A stretch of DNA of 24,000 bases from Acidilutibacter cellobiosedens (GCF_004103715.1 NZ_CP035282.1:772673-796672), one strand, 5' to 3'; counted from the stretch's first letter, positions 7,621 to 16,335 are shown. Program-made: numbers and translations. Notes: a model not told the origin generated them from the sequence alone.

Positions 7621-9318
7621 TTATTTATTTTTTTCTTCATATTTTTTTATATATATTAATTTTCCTATATTCTTAACATTATTTAATTTTTTACTTTCAT
7701 ATTCCAATAAAGAAAATATTTGTTTTCCCTGAGGAAGAATGACGATGGTGTGGATTCCCCTATTTATTTTTACTAATCCCATATAATCAAAACAGGCCAT
7801 TATTGTATTTCTTATAAAAGGAAAATCATATAAAACATCTTTAAGAAATTTGTCGAAATCGTAAGTAATTCCCGCTTTGTATTTAGAAATTGTTTCTAAT
7901 ACAAAATTTTTAGTTTCATATTCACGATCCCAAGGGAATATATTCCATAGATATTCTATAAATAATGCGAGTTTTTCTTCTTGTTTTAAGCTATGAAACC
8001 TCTTTACATCTTTGGTTGGATATATCCTGTTTTTTTCTATTTTGGCAAAATTATAGCACAAAGAAAAGTAGTAATATAAGTTTATGAGAGGATAATCTGT
8101 TTGATTGAACAGAGGATTCATTGAACGTTTGTTTTTAAATAGAAGGTTTAACTTAAATAGATTATCTCTGTTTATATGTTTTCTTACGGAGGTTAATTTT
8201 ACATCGTTATTTTTTATATAATCTAAAAATATCTCATAATCTTTTATGAAAATCGTACTTTTTTCACTTATGTTATCTTTTAATACCAATTGAATTTCAT
8301 TATTCCATTGTAAAGGAAAAGTCAGTGCGTTTTCATCCTTCATATAATCATTTTTTTTATTTTGGATTTTTAATATGTTTTCATAAGAATTATTAAAATT
8401 GGGGTCCATACCTTTTAGAAATCCAAAATATTTTTTTAGTGTTGATATATATGAATTTAATTCGGTCTTTGTTCTTATAAAGCCATCCTTAATTGCATCT
8501 TTAATGAATAAATTCATATCAACGTCTTTTAAATCCGATATTGTCATATTTTTACCCGAGAGATAATAATCGTATATATCGACGAGATTATTAATATGCC
8601 TTTCAGTATATTTCTCAGAGAAATGGTCATATAGGTATTCTTCAAAATCGTCTAATTCCTCCGAAAGAATATCGTCTTCGTCATCTTGGTCTATGATATT
8701 GTATATATAATCAGTATATATTTTGTATACATTACTGCTGTATTTTTTTAAATATTTTTCCATTGAAAGTTTTTTATCATGTATTTTCATTTTATAATAA
8801 TCATTATATATATCTTCAACTATATCATCTTCTACAAACTTTGGAAGAAAACTTATGTCACCTATAAATTTTTTATAGGATAATACTGTTGCTACTCTTC
8901 CAAATACTAAATCTGACGGATTCACCAATTTTGACAGTTCAGGTTCGTCTAATACGCATTTTTCTTTAAGAATAACATCTTCTATATATATTAGATCTCC
9001 CTTTATGCTGTTAATTTTATATATACTTATGTGGCATTTATTTCTTTCTATGAGTACTTCCTTTTCAAGGTTTGTCAGAGTATCGGATTTTTCTTCCAAA
9101 AGGTGTTCTATAAAATTCTTACCATCTTTGGTTTTATAATCAAGGCTTAACCATATATTGAAGGCTATCATAGTTCTTTCTTCATCAATTTCAGGATAAT
9201 CAAAATCAATATTGGTAAGAAATTTTTCTTTTTTTAAAAAGTTTCCTATATAATTTAAAAGTTTCTTTGTAGCACTTTCTTGTATAGCCATTATTTTTCC
9301 ATATTCTAATTTATCCAT
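7621..9318 (-). CDS. Uncharacterised 565-aa cytoplasmic protein (no recognisable catalytic or binding motif)
   Basis: Long uninterrupted ORF. ATG 9318 is preceded by GGAGG with 5-nt spacing (ORF-track TTG 9333 is less likely). There is an acidic linker (IIDQDDEDDILSEELDDFEEY) near residues 215-235. I could not spot Walker, HExxH, nuclease, transmembrane or signal-peptide features. Confidence 0.7.
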   Translation of the reverse strand: MDKLEYGKIMAIQESATKKLLNYIGNFLKKEKFLTNIDFDYPEIDEERTMIAFNIWLSLDYKTKDGKNFIEHLLEEKSDTLTNLEKEVLIERNKCHISIYKINSIKGDLIYIEDVILKEKCVLDEPELSKLVNPSDLVFGRVATVLSYKKFIGDISFLPKFVEDDIVEDIYNDYYKMKIHDKKLSMEKYLKKYSSNVYKIYTDYIYNIIDQDDEDDILSEELDDFEEYLYDHFSEKYTERHINNLVDIYDYYLSGKNMTISDLKDVDMNLFIKDAIKDGFIRTKTELNSYISTLKKYFGFLKGMDPNFNNSYENILKIQNKKNDYMKDENALTFPLQWNNEIQLVLKDNISEKSTIFIKDYEIFLDYIKNNDVKLTSVRKHINRDNLFKLNLLFKNKRSMNPLFNQTDYPLINLYYYFSLCYNFAKIEKNRIYPTKDVKRFHSLKQEEKLALFIEYLWNIFPWDREYETKNFVLETISKYKAGITYDFDKFLKDVLYDFPFIRNTIMACFDYMGLVKINRGIHTIVILPQGKQIFSLLEYESKKLNNVKNIGKLIYIKKYEEKNK

Positions 9319-9469
9319 AATTTCCTCCGACAATTTAAATATATAAGTAGTATAATATATTATACACTAAATGGATAGTTTCTCATAGAAATATATATTA
9401 ATATTTTTTAACTGGAGTTTTTTTATAAAATTTGTTATTATTTAATATAATAGTAAGGGGGAGCAAAAA

Positions 9470-11164
9470 ATGAAATTTAAAGATTATAAGTACATAAGGC
9501 CGGACATGGAAAAAATAAAGAAGGATTTTTCTTCTTTAATTGAAAAGTTTAACAAATCCGTTGAAGTTGAAGAACAAAATAGTATTATCCAAGAAATCAA
9601 CTCTTTAAGGTCAGAAGTGGAAACAATGTCAACTCTTGTTAGCATAAGGAACTCCATAGATACAACGGATAAATTCTATGCGGATGAAAAAAGCTTTTTT
9701 GATGAAAAGGTTCCCGAATATCAAGATGTGGTAATTAATTATTACAGAGCATTGGTTAATTCAAAATTCAGGAAAGAATTAGAGAGAAAATGGGGAACTC
9801 ATTTATTTGAGCTGGCGGAAATTCAGCTTAAAACTTTTTCTCCTGAAATCATAGAAGATATGGTAAAGGAGAATAAACTTATTACAGAATATGAAAAACT
9901 TATTTCTTCAGCAAAGATAGTGTTTGAAGGAGAAGAAAGAAACCTGTCTCAACTGCAGCCTTTTATGGAATCAAAAGATAGAGAAGTAAGAAAAAGAGCT
10001 TATGAAGCCCATTCTAATTTCTTTAAGGAAAATGAAGAAAAATTTGATCAGATATATGATGAATTAGTTAAACTTAGAGATAAGATGGCTAAAAAATTGG
10101 GATACAAGAATTTTGTGGAATTAGGATATGCCAGGATGTCGAGAACAGATTATAATGCGGAAATGGTTGCAAATTACAGAGAACAAGTAAAGAAGTATTT
10201 AGTTCCCATCGTTGCAGAATTAAAAGAGAGACAGAGGAAGAGATTGGGACTTCCGTCATTAAAATATTATGATGAACCTTTGGAATTTGTAACGGGAAAT
10301 GCTACTCCAAAGGGAGACCCCGACTGGATATTAAAAAACGGCAAAAAGATGTTCGGGGAACTTTCAGAAGAAACAAAAGAATTTTTTAACTTTATGATAG
10401 ATAGAGAACTTATGGATTTAGTAAGCAAAAAAGGGAAAATGAGCGGAGGATATTGTACCTATATTAACAAATATAAATCTCCGTTTATCTTTTCCAATTT
10501 TAACGGAACAAGCGGAGATGTGGATGTTTTAACTCATGAAGGAGGTCATGCCTTTCAGTGCTATGAAAGTAAGGACATGGATGTGCCGGAATATGTATTT
10601 CCGACGTCTGAAGCAGCGGAGATACATTCAATGAGTATGGAATTTCTGACATGGCCTTGGATGAACCTCTTCTTTGAAGATGAAGAGGATAAATATAAAT
10701 TCAGCCATTTAAGCGGTGCGGTAAATTTCATTCCTTACGGAGTGACTGTAGATGAATTTCAACATTTTGTCTATGAAAATCCGGAGGCTACTCCCAGAGA
10801 AAGAAAATCCAAATGGAGAGAGATTGAAAAGAAATATCTTCCCTTCAGAGATTATGAAGATAATGATTTTCTAAACAGGGGAGGATTTTGGTTCAAACAA
10901 AGCCATATATTTGAGGTTCCATTTTATTATATCGATTATACTTTAGCTCAAGTTTGTGCATTTCAGTTCTGGATAAAATATAGAGAAGATAGGAACAAAG
11001 CATGGAATGATTATCTGAAGCTATGCAAAGCCGGGGGAAGCAAATCCTTCCTGGAGCTTGTAAAGATTGGAAATATCAGAAATCCTTTTGAGGATGGATG
11101 CATAAAAGAAGTGGTAAAACCTATAAAGGAATGGTTAGATGGAATAGACGACAGTAAATTTTAA
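9470..11164 (+). CDS. M3-family oligoendopeptidase (PepF-like zinc metallopeptidase)
   Basis: HEGGHAF zinc motif (HExxH) with the downstream glutamate in SEAAEIHSMSMEF. The length of 564 aa and overall layout fit M3B oligoendopeptidases. RBS AAGGGGGAG lies 6 nt upstream. Confidence 0.85.
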   Translation: MKFKDYKYIRPDMEKIKKDFSSLIEKFNKSVEVEEQNSIIQEINSLRSEVETMSTLVSIRNSIDTTDKFYADEKSFFDEKVPEYQDVVINYYRALVNSKFRKELERKWGTHLFELAEIQLKTFSPEIIEDMVKENKLITEYEKLISSAKIVFEGEERNLSQLQPFMESKDREVRKRAYEAHSNFFKENEEKFDQIYDELVKLRDKMAKKLGYKNFVELGYARMSRTDYNAEMVANYREQVKKYLVPIVAELKERQRKRLGLPSLKYYDEPLEFVTGNATPKGDPDWILKNGKKMFGELSEETKEFFNFMIDRELMDLVSKKGKMSGGYCTYINKYKSPFIFSNFNGTSGDVDVLTHEGGHAFQCYESKDMDVPEYVFPTSEAAEIHSMSMEFLTWPWMNLFFEDEEDKYKFSHLSGAVNFIPYGVTVDEFQHFVYENPEATPRERKSKWREIEKKYLPFRDYEDNDFLNRGGFWFKQSHIFEVPFYYIDYTLAQVCAFQFWIKYREDRNKAWNDYLKLCKAGGSKSFLELVKIGNIRNPFEDGCIKEVVKPIKEWLDGIDDSKF

Positions 11165-11187
11165 AATTAAGGAATGAGTTTAAAATG

Positions 11188-11242
11188 AAATTATCTCCCA
11201 TTGCAGAAAAATAAAGCTATGATAGGAGATAATTTTATTTTA
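11188..11242 (+). terminator. Rho-independent terminator after the oligoendopeptidase gene
   Basis: AAATTATCTCC (11188-11198) pairs with GGAGATAATTT (11225-11235), followed by TATTTTA. The loop is 26 nt. Confidence 0.5.
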
Positions 11243-11406
11243 GAGAGAAAAGGAATGTTCTTTACCTGATGCAGATGGTTTTGGAAAATTTTTTAAAATT
11301 TGAAGGAAATAGTTTATTGATACGGCAATAGAGAATGATTTTTTTTAATTCAATCGGGTAAAACTATAAATGTAATTTATATTTAAATAATGTAGAGGTG
11401 CTTAAT

Positions 11407-12087
11407 TTGAAGAAAAACAGAAAGATGCTTAAAGTTTTAATTATACTTGGCTTTCTTATTGTTATGATTTATTTAGTAAAAAATTTAGATATTTATAATA
11501 AAGAAAGTATAACTGATTTTTTTTCAAACGCTGATAAAAATCGGAATTTTACTCTGTTTTTTATTTTACTGACTACTTTATTTATAACATTCTTTGTGCC
11601 TGTGACATGGTTCAGCGTTCTCGGCAGCTTTTTCTTTGGCCTGAAGGGATTTATATATGTTTTTTTAGCTTGTATAATTGGATCAATAGGAGTTTTTTAT
11701 ATTTCTAAAATATTTCGAGATGATGTGATGAAAATTGTACATAAGGTTTATGACAGAAAGCCCAGAAAGGTAAATTTAGATGAAATTTCAAAAAAAATAA
11801 ATAAATTTGGAATAGGATATATATTTTTTTTAAGGAGTATGCCCTTTATACCCTACAGCGTAGTTAATTGCATATCCGGGGTTACATCTGTTAAATTTAA
11901 GGATTACATTTTGGGAACCATTTTCGGAATGGGGCCGGGGCTTTTTACTACATCTTATTTCTTAGTAAAAGCGGTAAATATAAAATATAACCCTATGGGA
12001 GCAGTATGGGGAGTGGGAATAAAACTTATCTATGTCTTCGCGGTGATTATGTGGTATAAGAAAAGTAAATATAGAACTAAAGAATAA
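11407..12087 (+). CDS. TVP38/TMEM64 (DedA/SNARE-associated-like) family membrane protein
   Basis: Multi-pass membrane protein with FFVPVTWFSVLGSFFFG... and FFLRSMPFIPYSVVNCISGVT motifs characteristic of the family. The start is uncertain: GTG 11398 (ORF track), TTG 11407 (6 nt after AGAGGTG) or ATG 11425. Confidence 0.7.
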   Translation: MKKNRKMLKVLIILGFLIVMIYLVKNLDIYNKESITDFFSNADKNRNFTLFFILLTTLFITFFVPVTWFSVLGSFFFGLKGFIYVFLACIIGSIGVFYISKIFRDDVMKIVHKVYDRKPRKVNLDEISKKINKFGIGYIFFLRSMPFIPYSVVNCISGVTSVKFKDYILGTIFGMGPGLFTTSYFLVKAVNIKYNPMGAVWGVGIKLIYVFAVIMWYKKSKYRTKE

Positions 12088-12105
12088 TTTTTTAAAAGCC
12101 GATAT
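12078..12105 (+). promoter_or_regulatory. Sigma-D / FliA (sigma-28) type promoter for the flaG-fliD-fliS operon
   Basis: TAAA (12078-12081), a 16-nt spacer, then GCCGATAT (12098-12105). The sigma-D/sigma-28 consensus is TAAA-N15-GCCGATAT/A. It lies 31 nt upstream of the flaG ATG, and the -35 element overlaps the last codons of the upstream gene. Confidence 0.7.
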
Positions 12106-12135
12106 ATTACGTAGAATATCTAAGGGGGGATATGC

Positions 12136-12501
12136 ATGGAAATAAGCAGTTTATCAACTTATTCCGTAAATAATGATTTTGTTTTTGTTAATAATCAAAG
12201 GGAGGGAAATCGTAATATTGAATTGGGGAAAAATAATACCGTTATAGAGAGAGAAAAAACGGAGATTGAGGAAAAGCCCGAGGGAGAAATAATTGACGCT
12301 GTAGAATCTGCAAATAAAAAATTTATTGCTTATGATAGAAAGTTTGAATTTTCGATTCATGAAAAAACCAAAGAAATAATGGTTAAAGTAATAGATGTAA
12401 ATACAAATGAAGTAATACGGGAAATACCTCCTGAAAAGATATTAGACTTGGTAGCTGCTATATGGGAAATTGCCGGAATTATAGTAGATGAAAAAATTTA
12501 A
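12136..12501 (+). CDS. flaG: Flagellar protein FlaG
   Basis: 121 aa with the C-terminal FlaG signature DRKFEFSIHEKTKEIMVKVIDVNTNEVIREIPPEKILDL. It lies immediately upstream of fliD. Confidence 0.85.
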   Translation: MEISSLSTYSVNNDFVFVNNQREGNRNIELGKNNTVIEREKTEIEEKPEGEIIDAVESANKKFIAYDRKFEFSIHEKTKEIMVKVIDVNTNEVIREIPPEKILDLVAAIWEIAGIIVDEKI

Positions 12502-12513
12502 GGTGGTGATTGT

Positions 12514-14367
12514 ATGAACAGTAGTTCAAGAATAACAGGTTTGGCATCAGGAATAGATACTGAAACCATAATTAACGATCTGATGAAAGCAGAGAGGGTA
12601 AAACTTGATGAAGTACAACAAGAAAAACAGTTATTGGTATGGAAGCAGGAAATATATAATAGTTTAAATAAAGATTATGCCAATTTTATATTAAATACTA
12701 AAAAAGACTTGGGTCTTGTAAGTACTACATCAACGGGTTCTTATGTTTCAAATTCCTATGATAATTTAACATGGGTGAAGAAAGCAATTTCTTCAAATGA
12801 AAATATTGCCAAAGTTTCTGCTACGGCAAAATCAGTGAATGGGATTTATAATGTAAATGTGAAAAATCTTGCCGAAGGAGTAAGCTTAGTAAGTACGGGA
12901 GAAATTTCAAAGGATGAAAATGGCATTAAGAGAGATGTGACGAATTTAAAACAGCTTGGAGTGAATATAGGAGAGAATGAAGAGAAAAGAGTAACAGTTA
13001 CGACAAGTAATGGGTCGGTGACTTTTAAATTTGTTAATTCGGGAGAAAAGGTAAAAGTTGATAAAGATAATAATATTGTGTCCATAAATATAAACGAGGC
13101 CAATTTAAGTGATTTGGCAAAGGCCGTAAGTGATGCCAAGGTTTATAGTGAAGATGGAAAAGATCAGAAATCTTTGGGAGTGAAAGCAAATTATGATTCC
13201 ACTATAGACAGGTTTTTCTTTCAAACTTCCGATACGGGAAGCAAAAATTTTTTAAAGGTAGAAGAGGCAACAGTAGAAGTTGGAGAAGATGGAAAAATCA
13301 CAGTTGTAGATGGGACAGGCAAAAATCTTTTCGTAGGAAGCGAAAATCTTCTTAAAGTAGCCGGAAAAGATGAAGATAATCAAACATTTTATCTTAGTAA
13401 TGGAATTAAAAGAGAGGGTAAAGATGCAGAGATAAGTTTTAACGGTGCAGAGAATATTTTATTGTCATCCAACCAATTTACCATAAATGGTATAGATTTT
13501 AATTTAATTGATGAAGGTTCATTTACTGTAACCGTTGATACCGATGTGGACAGCGTATATGAAAAGATTCAAAAATTTGTGGACAGTTATAATGAATTAG
13601 TAGAAAAGACAAGTAACCTTCTTACTGAAAAGAAATATAGGGATTATCAACCTCTTACTGATGATCAGAAGAGTGATATGAAAGAGGATGATATAAAACT
13701 ATGGGAAGACAAAGCTAAAAGCGGATTATTGCGCAGCGATGGAACCCTTGAAAGTACAATGAGTAACATGAGAAGCTGGTTATATAATACAATAGAAGGG
13801 GTATCGGGAAGTTTTGATTTCATAGCTGATATAGGAATAACCACTGAAAGTTATTCTCAAGGCAGCGTTGGAGGCAAGCTTACTATTGATGAAACAAAGC
13901 TGAAAGAGGCCCTAAGAAAAGATACCAACGGAGTATTGGAGGTATTGTTTAAGGAACCCGATTATTCTTCGGAGGCATTGAAGGGGACAAATGCCTATAT
14001 GCAGGAAAGCCAAATGACGAAAGAACAGATTGAGGCTAAGAGAAAACAAAGTGGTATAGTTACAAGAGTTTATGACAGCTTGATTCAAGGAATGGGAGAT
14101 ATTGTCCTTAAATCAGGTACAGGAGATGAAGCGGACCTTTACAGAAAGGTAAAATCAAATATGCTTATAGATTTTGTAACGAAGTATGGAAGTATAAGCA
14201 CTATTGATGAAGATGTATTGGACTTGGATCAAAAGATTTATGACTTAAATCAATACTTGTCGGATAAGGAGGAAAGCTATTATACGAAATTTACGGCTAT
14301 GGAGAAGGCCATTGCAAGTATGAGCAGTCAAAGCAGTTGGCTTACACAACAATTTAGCCAACAATAG
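12514..14367 (+). CDS. fliD: Flagellar filament capping protein FliD (hook-associated protein 2)
   Basis: N-terminal RITGLASGIDTETIINDLMKAERVKLD and C-terminal FTAMEKAIASMSSQSSWLTQQF are classic FliD termini. At 617 aa it has a long variable centre. Confidence 0.9.
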   Translation: MNSSSRITGLASGIDTETIINDLMKAERVKLDEVQQEKQLLVWKQEIYNSLNKDYANFILNTKKDLGLVSTTSTGSYVSNSYDNLTWVKKAISSNENIAKVSATAKSVNGIYNVNVKNLAEGVSLVSTGEISKDENGIKRDVTNLKQLGVNIGENEEKRVTVTTSNGSVTFKFVNSGEKVKVDKDNNIVSININEANLSDLAKAVSDAKVYSEDGKDQKSLGVKANYDSTIDRFFFQTSDTGSKNFLKVEEATVEVGEDGKITVVDGTGKNLFVGSENLLKVAGKDEDNQTFYLSNGIKREGKDAEISFNGAENILLSSNQFTINGIDFNLIDEGSFTVTVDTDVDSVYEKIQKFVDSYNELVEKTSNLLTEKKYRDYQPLTDDQKSDMKEDDIKLWEDKAKSGLLRSDGTLESTMSNMRSWLYNTIEGVSGSFDFIADIGITTESYSQGSVGGKLTIDETKLKEALRKDTNGVLEVLFKEPDYSSEALKGTNAYMQESQMTKEQIEAKRKQSGIVTRVYDSLIQGMGDIVLKSGTGDEADLYRKVKSNMLIDFVTKYGSISTIDEDVLDLDQKIYDLNQYLSDKEESYYTKFTAMEKAIASMSSQSSWLTQQFSQQ

Positions 14368-14382
14368 AAAGGATGGGGAAGA

Positions 14383-14784
14383 ATGTCATTAAGTGTGCTC
14401 AATCAATATAAACAAAATTCCATCTTAACGGCAGCTCCGGAAGAATTAACTTTGATGCTTTTTGACGGAGCGATTAAATTTGTCAATCTTGGGAAAATTC
14501 ATATTGAAAATGGAGAAATAGAAAAAGCAAACTCTGCAATATTAAGAGCTCAAGATATAATTGTGGAATTGGATTCTTCTTTGGATATGAAATACGAAAT
14601 ATCGAAAAATTTAGATGAGATATATAAGTTTATTTTGAACCGACTTATTGCAGCGAATCTAAAAAAGGATATTGCTCCATTAGACGAGTCTTTAGAGCTT
14701 TTAAATGAAATTAGGGACACTTGGAAAGAACTTACAAGGGAAATAAAAAAGATGAGGTATGGAAATAAGCAGGTGAAGATATGA
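14383..14784 (+). CDS. fliS: Flagellar export chaperone FliS
   Basis: YKQNSILTAAPEELTLMLFDGAIKF and a four-helix-bundle length of 133 aa. It follows fliD. Confidence 0.9.
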   Translation: MSLSVLNQYKQNSILTAAPEELTLMLFDGAIKFVNLGKIHIENGEIEKANSAILRAQDIIVELDSSLDMKYEISKNLDEIYKFILNRLIAANLKKDIAPLDESLELLNEIRDTWKELTREIKKMRYGNKQVKI

Positions 14785-15251
14785 AGGAAGATTTAGTTTC
14801 AGAACTTATTGAAATAAGTGAAAAAAAATTAAGCTTATTAGATGAGATGCTTCTTCTTACAAAGAAACAAAGAACTGTAATATCTCAAGAAAAACAAGGT
14901 AATTTAAATGAGATAATTGACAAGAAAGACAAAATAATAGATGAAATTGACAAACTGGATAAAATCTTTATTCTTAAGTTTTCCAGATACAAATTGGAAA
15001 ACAAAGTTGAAAGTATAGATAAGATAGATGTACGAGATAAGCCTGAATTGAAAAATTTGAAGGATGTTATAACTAAAATTACTTCTACCCTTATGGCTAT
15101 TTCCATAATAGATAAAGAAAATAATTTAGAAATAAAGGATAAGCTGGAAGATGTTAAAGAAAATTTAAAGAAGGTTAAAGATGGATACAGAGCATATAAG
15201 GGATATAACAAAAAGGTTAAAGGAAGTATACTAATTGACGAAAAGAGATAG
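14781..15251 (+). CDS. Putative flagellar export chaperone (FliT/FlgN-like coiled-coil protein)
   Basis: 156-aa helical, K/E/D-rich protein translationally coupled to fliS (ATGA overlap). It occupies the fliT position of the B. subtilis flaG-fliD-fliS-fliT operon. The assignment rests on position and composition, not on motifs. Confidence 0.5.
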   Translation: MKEDLVSELIEISEKKLSLLDEMLLLTKKQRTVISQEKQGNLNEIIDKKDKIIDEIDKLDKIFILKFSRYKLENKVESIDKIDVRDKPELKNLKDVITKITSTLMAISIIDKENNLEIKDKLEDVKENLKKVKDGYRAYKGYNKKVKGSILIDEKR

Positions 15252-15252
15252 A

Positions 15253-15298
15253 AAAATATTTATATAGGATTTTGAAATCCTATATAAATATTTTTTTT
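15253..15298 (+). terminator. Strong Rho-independent terminator ending the flaG-fliD-fliS-fliT operon
   Basis: AAAATATTTATATAGGATTT (15253-15272) is exactly complementary to AAATCCTATATAAATATTTT (15275-15294) and runs into a T8 tract (15291-15298). Confidence 0.85.
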
Positions 15299-15528
15299 AT
15301 AACGGATAGGAAAATTCTTACTTATAAATATTGGTAAAAAGAACTTTCTGTAAATGAGTTTCAAGAAAAGCCCTGATTTACCTTAATATATTAATGTTTT
15401 AGCAGAAACATTTTTACATTCAATATGTAGTATCATGATACATCTGATTGCGCAATTAAAAGCATAAGTATTATTATAAAATAATTACAGATTATATAAT
15501 AAATTGTATAAAAAATATATTGATATAA

Positions 15529-15634
15529 TTGTCCACCTTTTATTAAGAAACTTATCCACATAAATTTTATAGTATAAACAGTTTTCCACAGAATTATGCA
15601 CATTATCCACAGAAATTTTATTATTTTATCCACA
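15529..15634 (+). promoter_or_regulatory. DnaA-box cluster (six same-orientation boxes, three perfect)
   Basis: Perfect TTATCCACA occurs at 15552-15560, 15603-15611 and 15626-15634. One-mismatch boxes are TTTTCCACA (15582-15590) and TTATGCACA (15594-15602). A two-mismatch box, TTGTCCACC, lies at 15529-15537. All are on the + strand within ~105 bp, followed by a very AT-rich stretch. Confidence 0.7.
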
Positions 15635-15706
15635 TTTTTTAAAAAAAAGAGTAATAAATATTTATACAGAGATGATGCATAATATTTTATTAAAAAAAAT
15701 ATATTA

Positions 15707-15738
15707 GTTGTTAATATTAGATTTTTTGTGGGTATAAT
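15707..15738 (+). promoter_or_regulatory. Candidate hpf promoter (overlapping GGGTAT / TATAAT -10 elements)
   Basis: GGGTATAAT lies at 15730-15738. TATAAT fits a sigma-A -10 element and GGGTAT fits the B. subtilis sigma-B -10 consensus. The upstream GTTGTTAAT (15707-15715) is only a loose -35 (GTTTAA-like or TTGTTA). It sits ~58 nt upstream of the hpf ATG. Confidence 0.35.
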
Positions 15739-15795
15739 AAAATAAATACATTAAACATAAGAGAATTTATCTTGTGTGGAAGGGAGTTGGAGTTT

Positions 15796-16323
15796 ATGAA
15801 GATAAATATTAAAGGCAAGAATATCGATGTAACCGAATCTTTAAGGGATACTACCTTGAAAAAAATAGGAAGATTAGATAAGTATTTTCAAAAAGATGTG
15901 GAAGTTTTTGTTACTTATAGCGTAGAAAAAAATAGGAAAATAATTGAGGTAACAATAAATCTTCCCGGAAATATTCTTAGAGCCGAAGAATCAGGCGATG
16001 ATATGTACGTATCGATTGATAGGGCCGTAGATATTTTAGATGGGCAAATCAGAAAATATAAAACTAAACTCCAAAAGAGATATCAGAATGGTGCTACTAT
16101 TAGATTTGAAAATATTCAACCATTAAACCATGAGGAGAACAAACCTAAAATAGTGAAGACTAAAAAATTTCCTATGAAGCCTATGGATGAGGAAGAGGCT
16201 GTACTTCAAATGGAGCTTCTGAGACACAATTTCTTTATGTTTAGGAATTCGGAAACAGATGAAGTAAATGTTGTTTATAAAAGGAAAGACGGCGATTATG
16301 GCTTAATTGAGCCAGAGATTTAA
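15796..16323 (+). CDS. hpf: Ribosome hibernation-promoting factor, long form (YvyD/HPF)
   Basis: MKINIKGKNIDVTESLRD... is the N-terminal S30AE/YfiA domain, and the C-terminal dimerisation domain reads MDEEEAVLQMELLRHNFFMFRN...VNVVYKRKDGDYGLIEP. I prefer ATG 15796 over ORF-track 15772. Confidence 0.9.
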   Translation: MKINIKGKNIDVTESLRDTTLKKIGRLDKYFQKDVEVFVTYSVEKNRKIIEVTINLPGNILRAEESGDDMYVSIDRAVDILDGQIRKYKTKLQKRYQNGATIRFENIQPLNHEENKPKIVKTKKFPMKPMDEEEAVLQMELLRHNFFMFRNSETDEVNVVYKRKDGDYGLIEPEI

Positions 16324-16335
16324 TAATGTTAATTA

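Noticed and set aside
11236-11397. Possible riboswitch (a fluoride/crcB-like CCTGATGCAGATGG segment) upstream of the TVP38-family gene
   Set aside because: It shows only a short partial resemblance. The conserved GGCGATGG...CTGATGATGCCT elements and the pseudoknot partners are absent.
12154-15211. Minus-strand ORFs 12154..12360, 12846..13139 and 14885..15211
   Set aside because: They are antisense shadows of flaG, fliD and the fliT-like gene. Their Ser/Leu/Phe-rich translations are typical of the reverse complement of K/E-rich genes.
15433-15633. Minus-strand 66-aa ORF in the fliT-hpf spacer
   Set aside because: It has no RBS and an implausible I/Y/F/W-rich product. Its recurring Trp (TGG) and Cys (TGT) codons are simply the reverse complement (TGTGGATAA) of the CCACA-containing DnaA boxes. 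The repeat structure is better explained as protein-binding DNA sites.
15300-15795. Calling this spacer the chromosomal replication origin (oriC)
   Set aside because: DnaA boxes plus AT-rich DNA are suggestive. However, no dnaA, dnaN or rpmH lies nearby, no gene-orientation switch occurs at this point, and I see no convincing DnaA-trio array (only two TAA repeats after the last box). It is reported as a DnaA-box cluster of unknown role instead.
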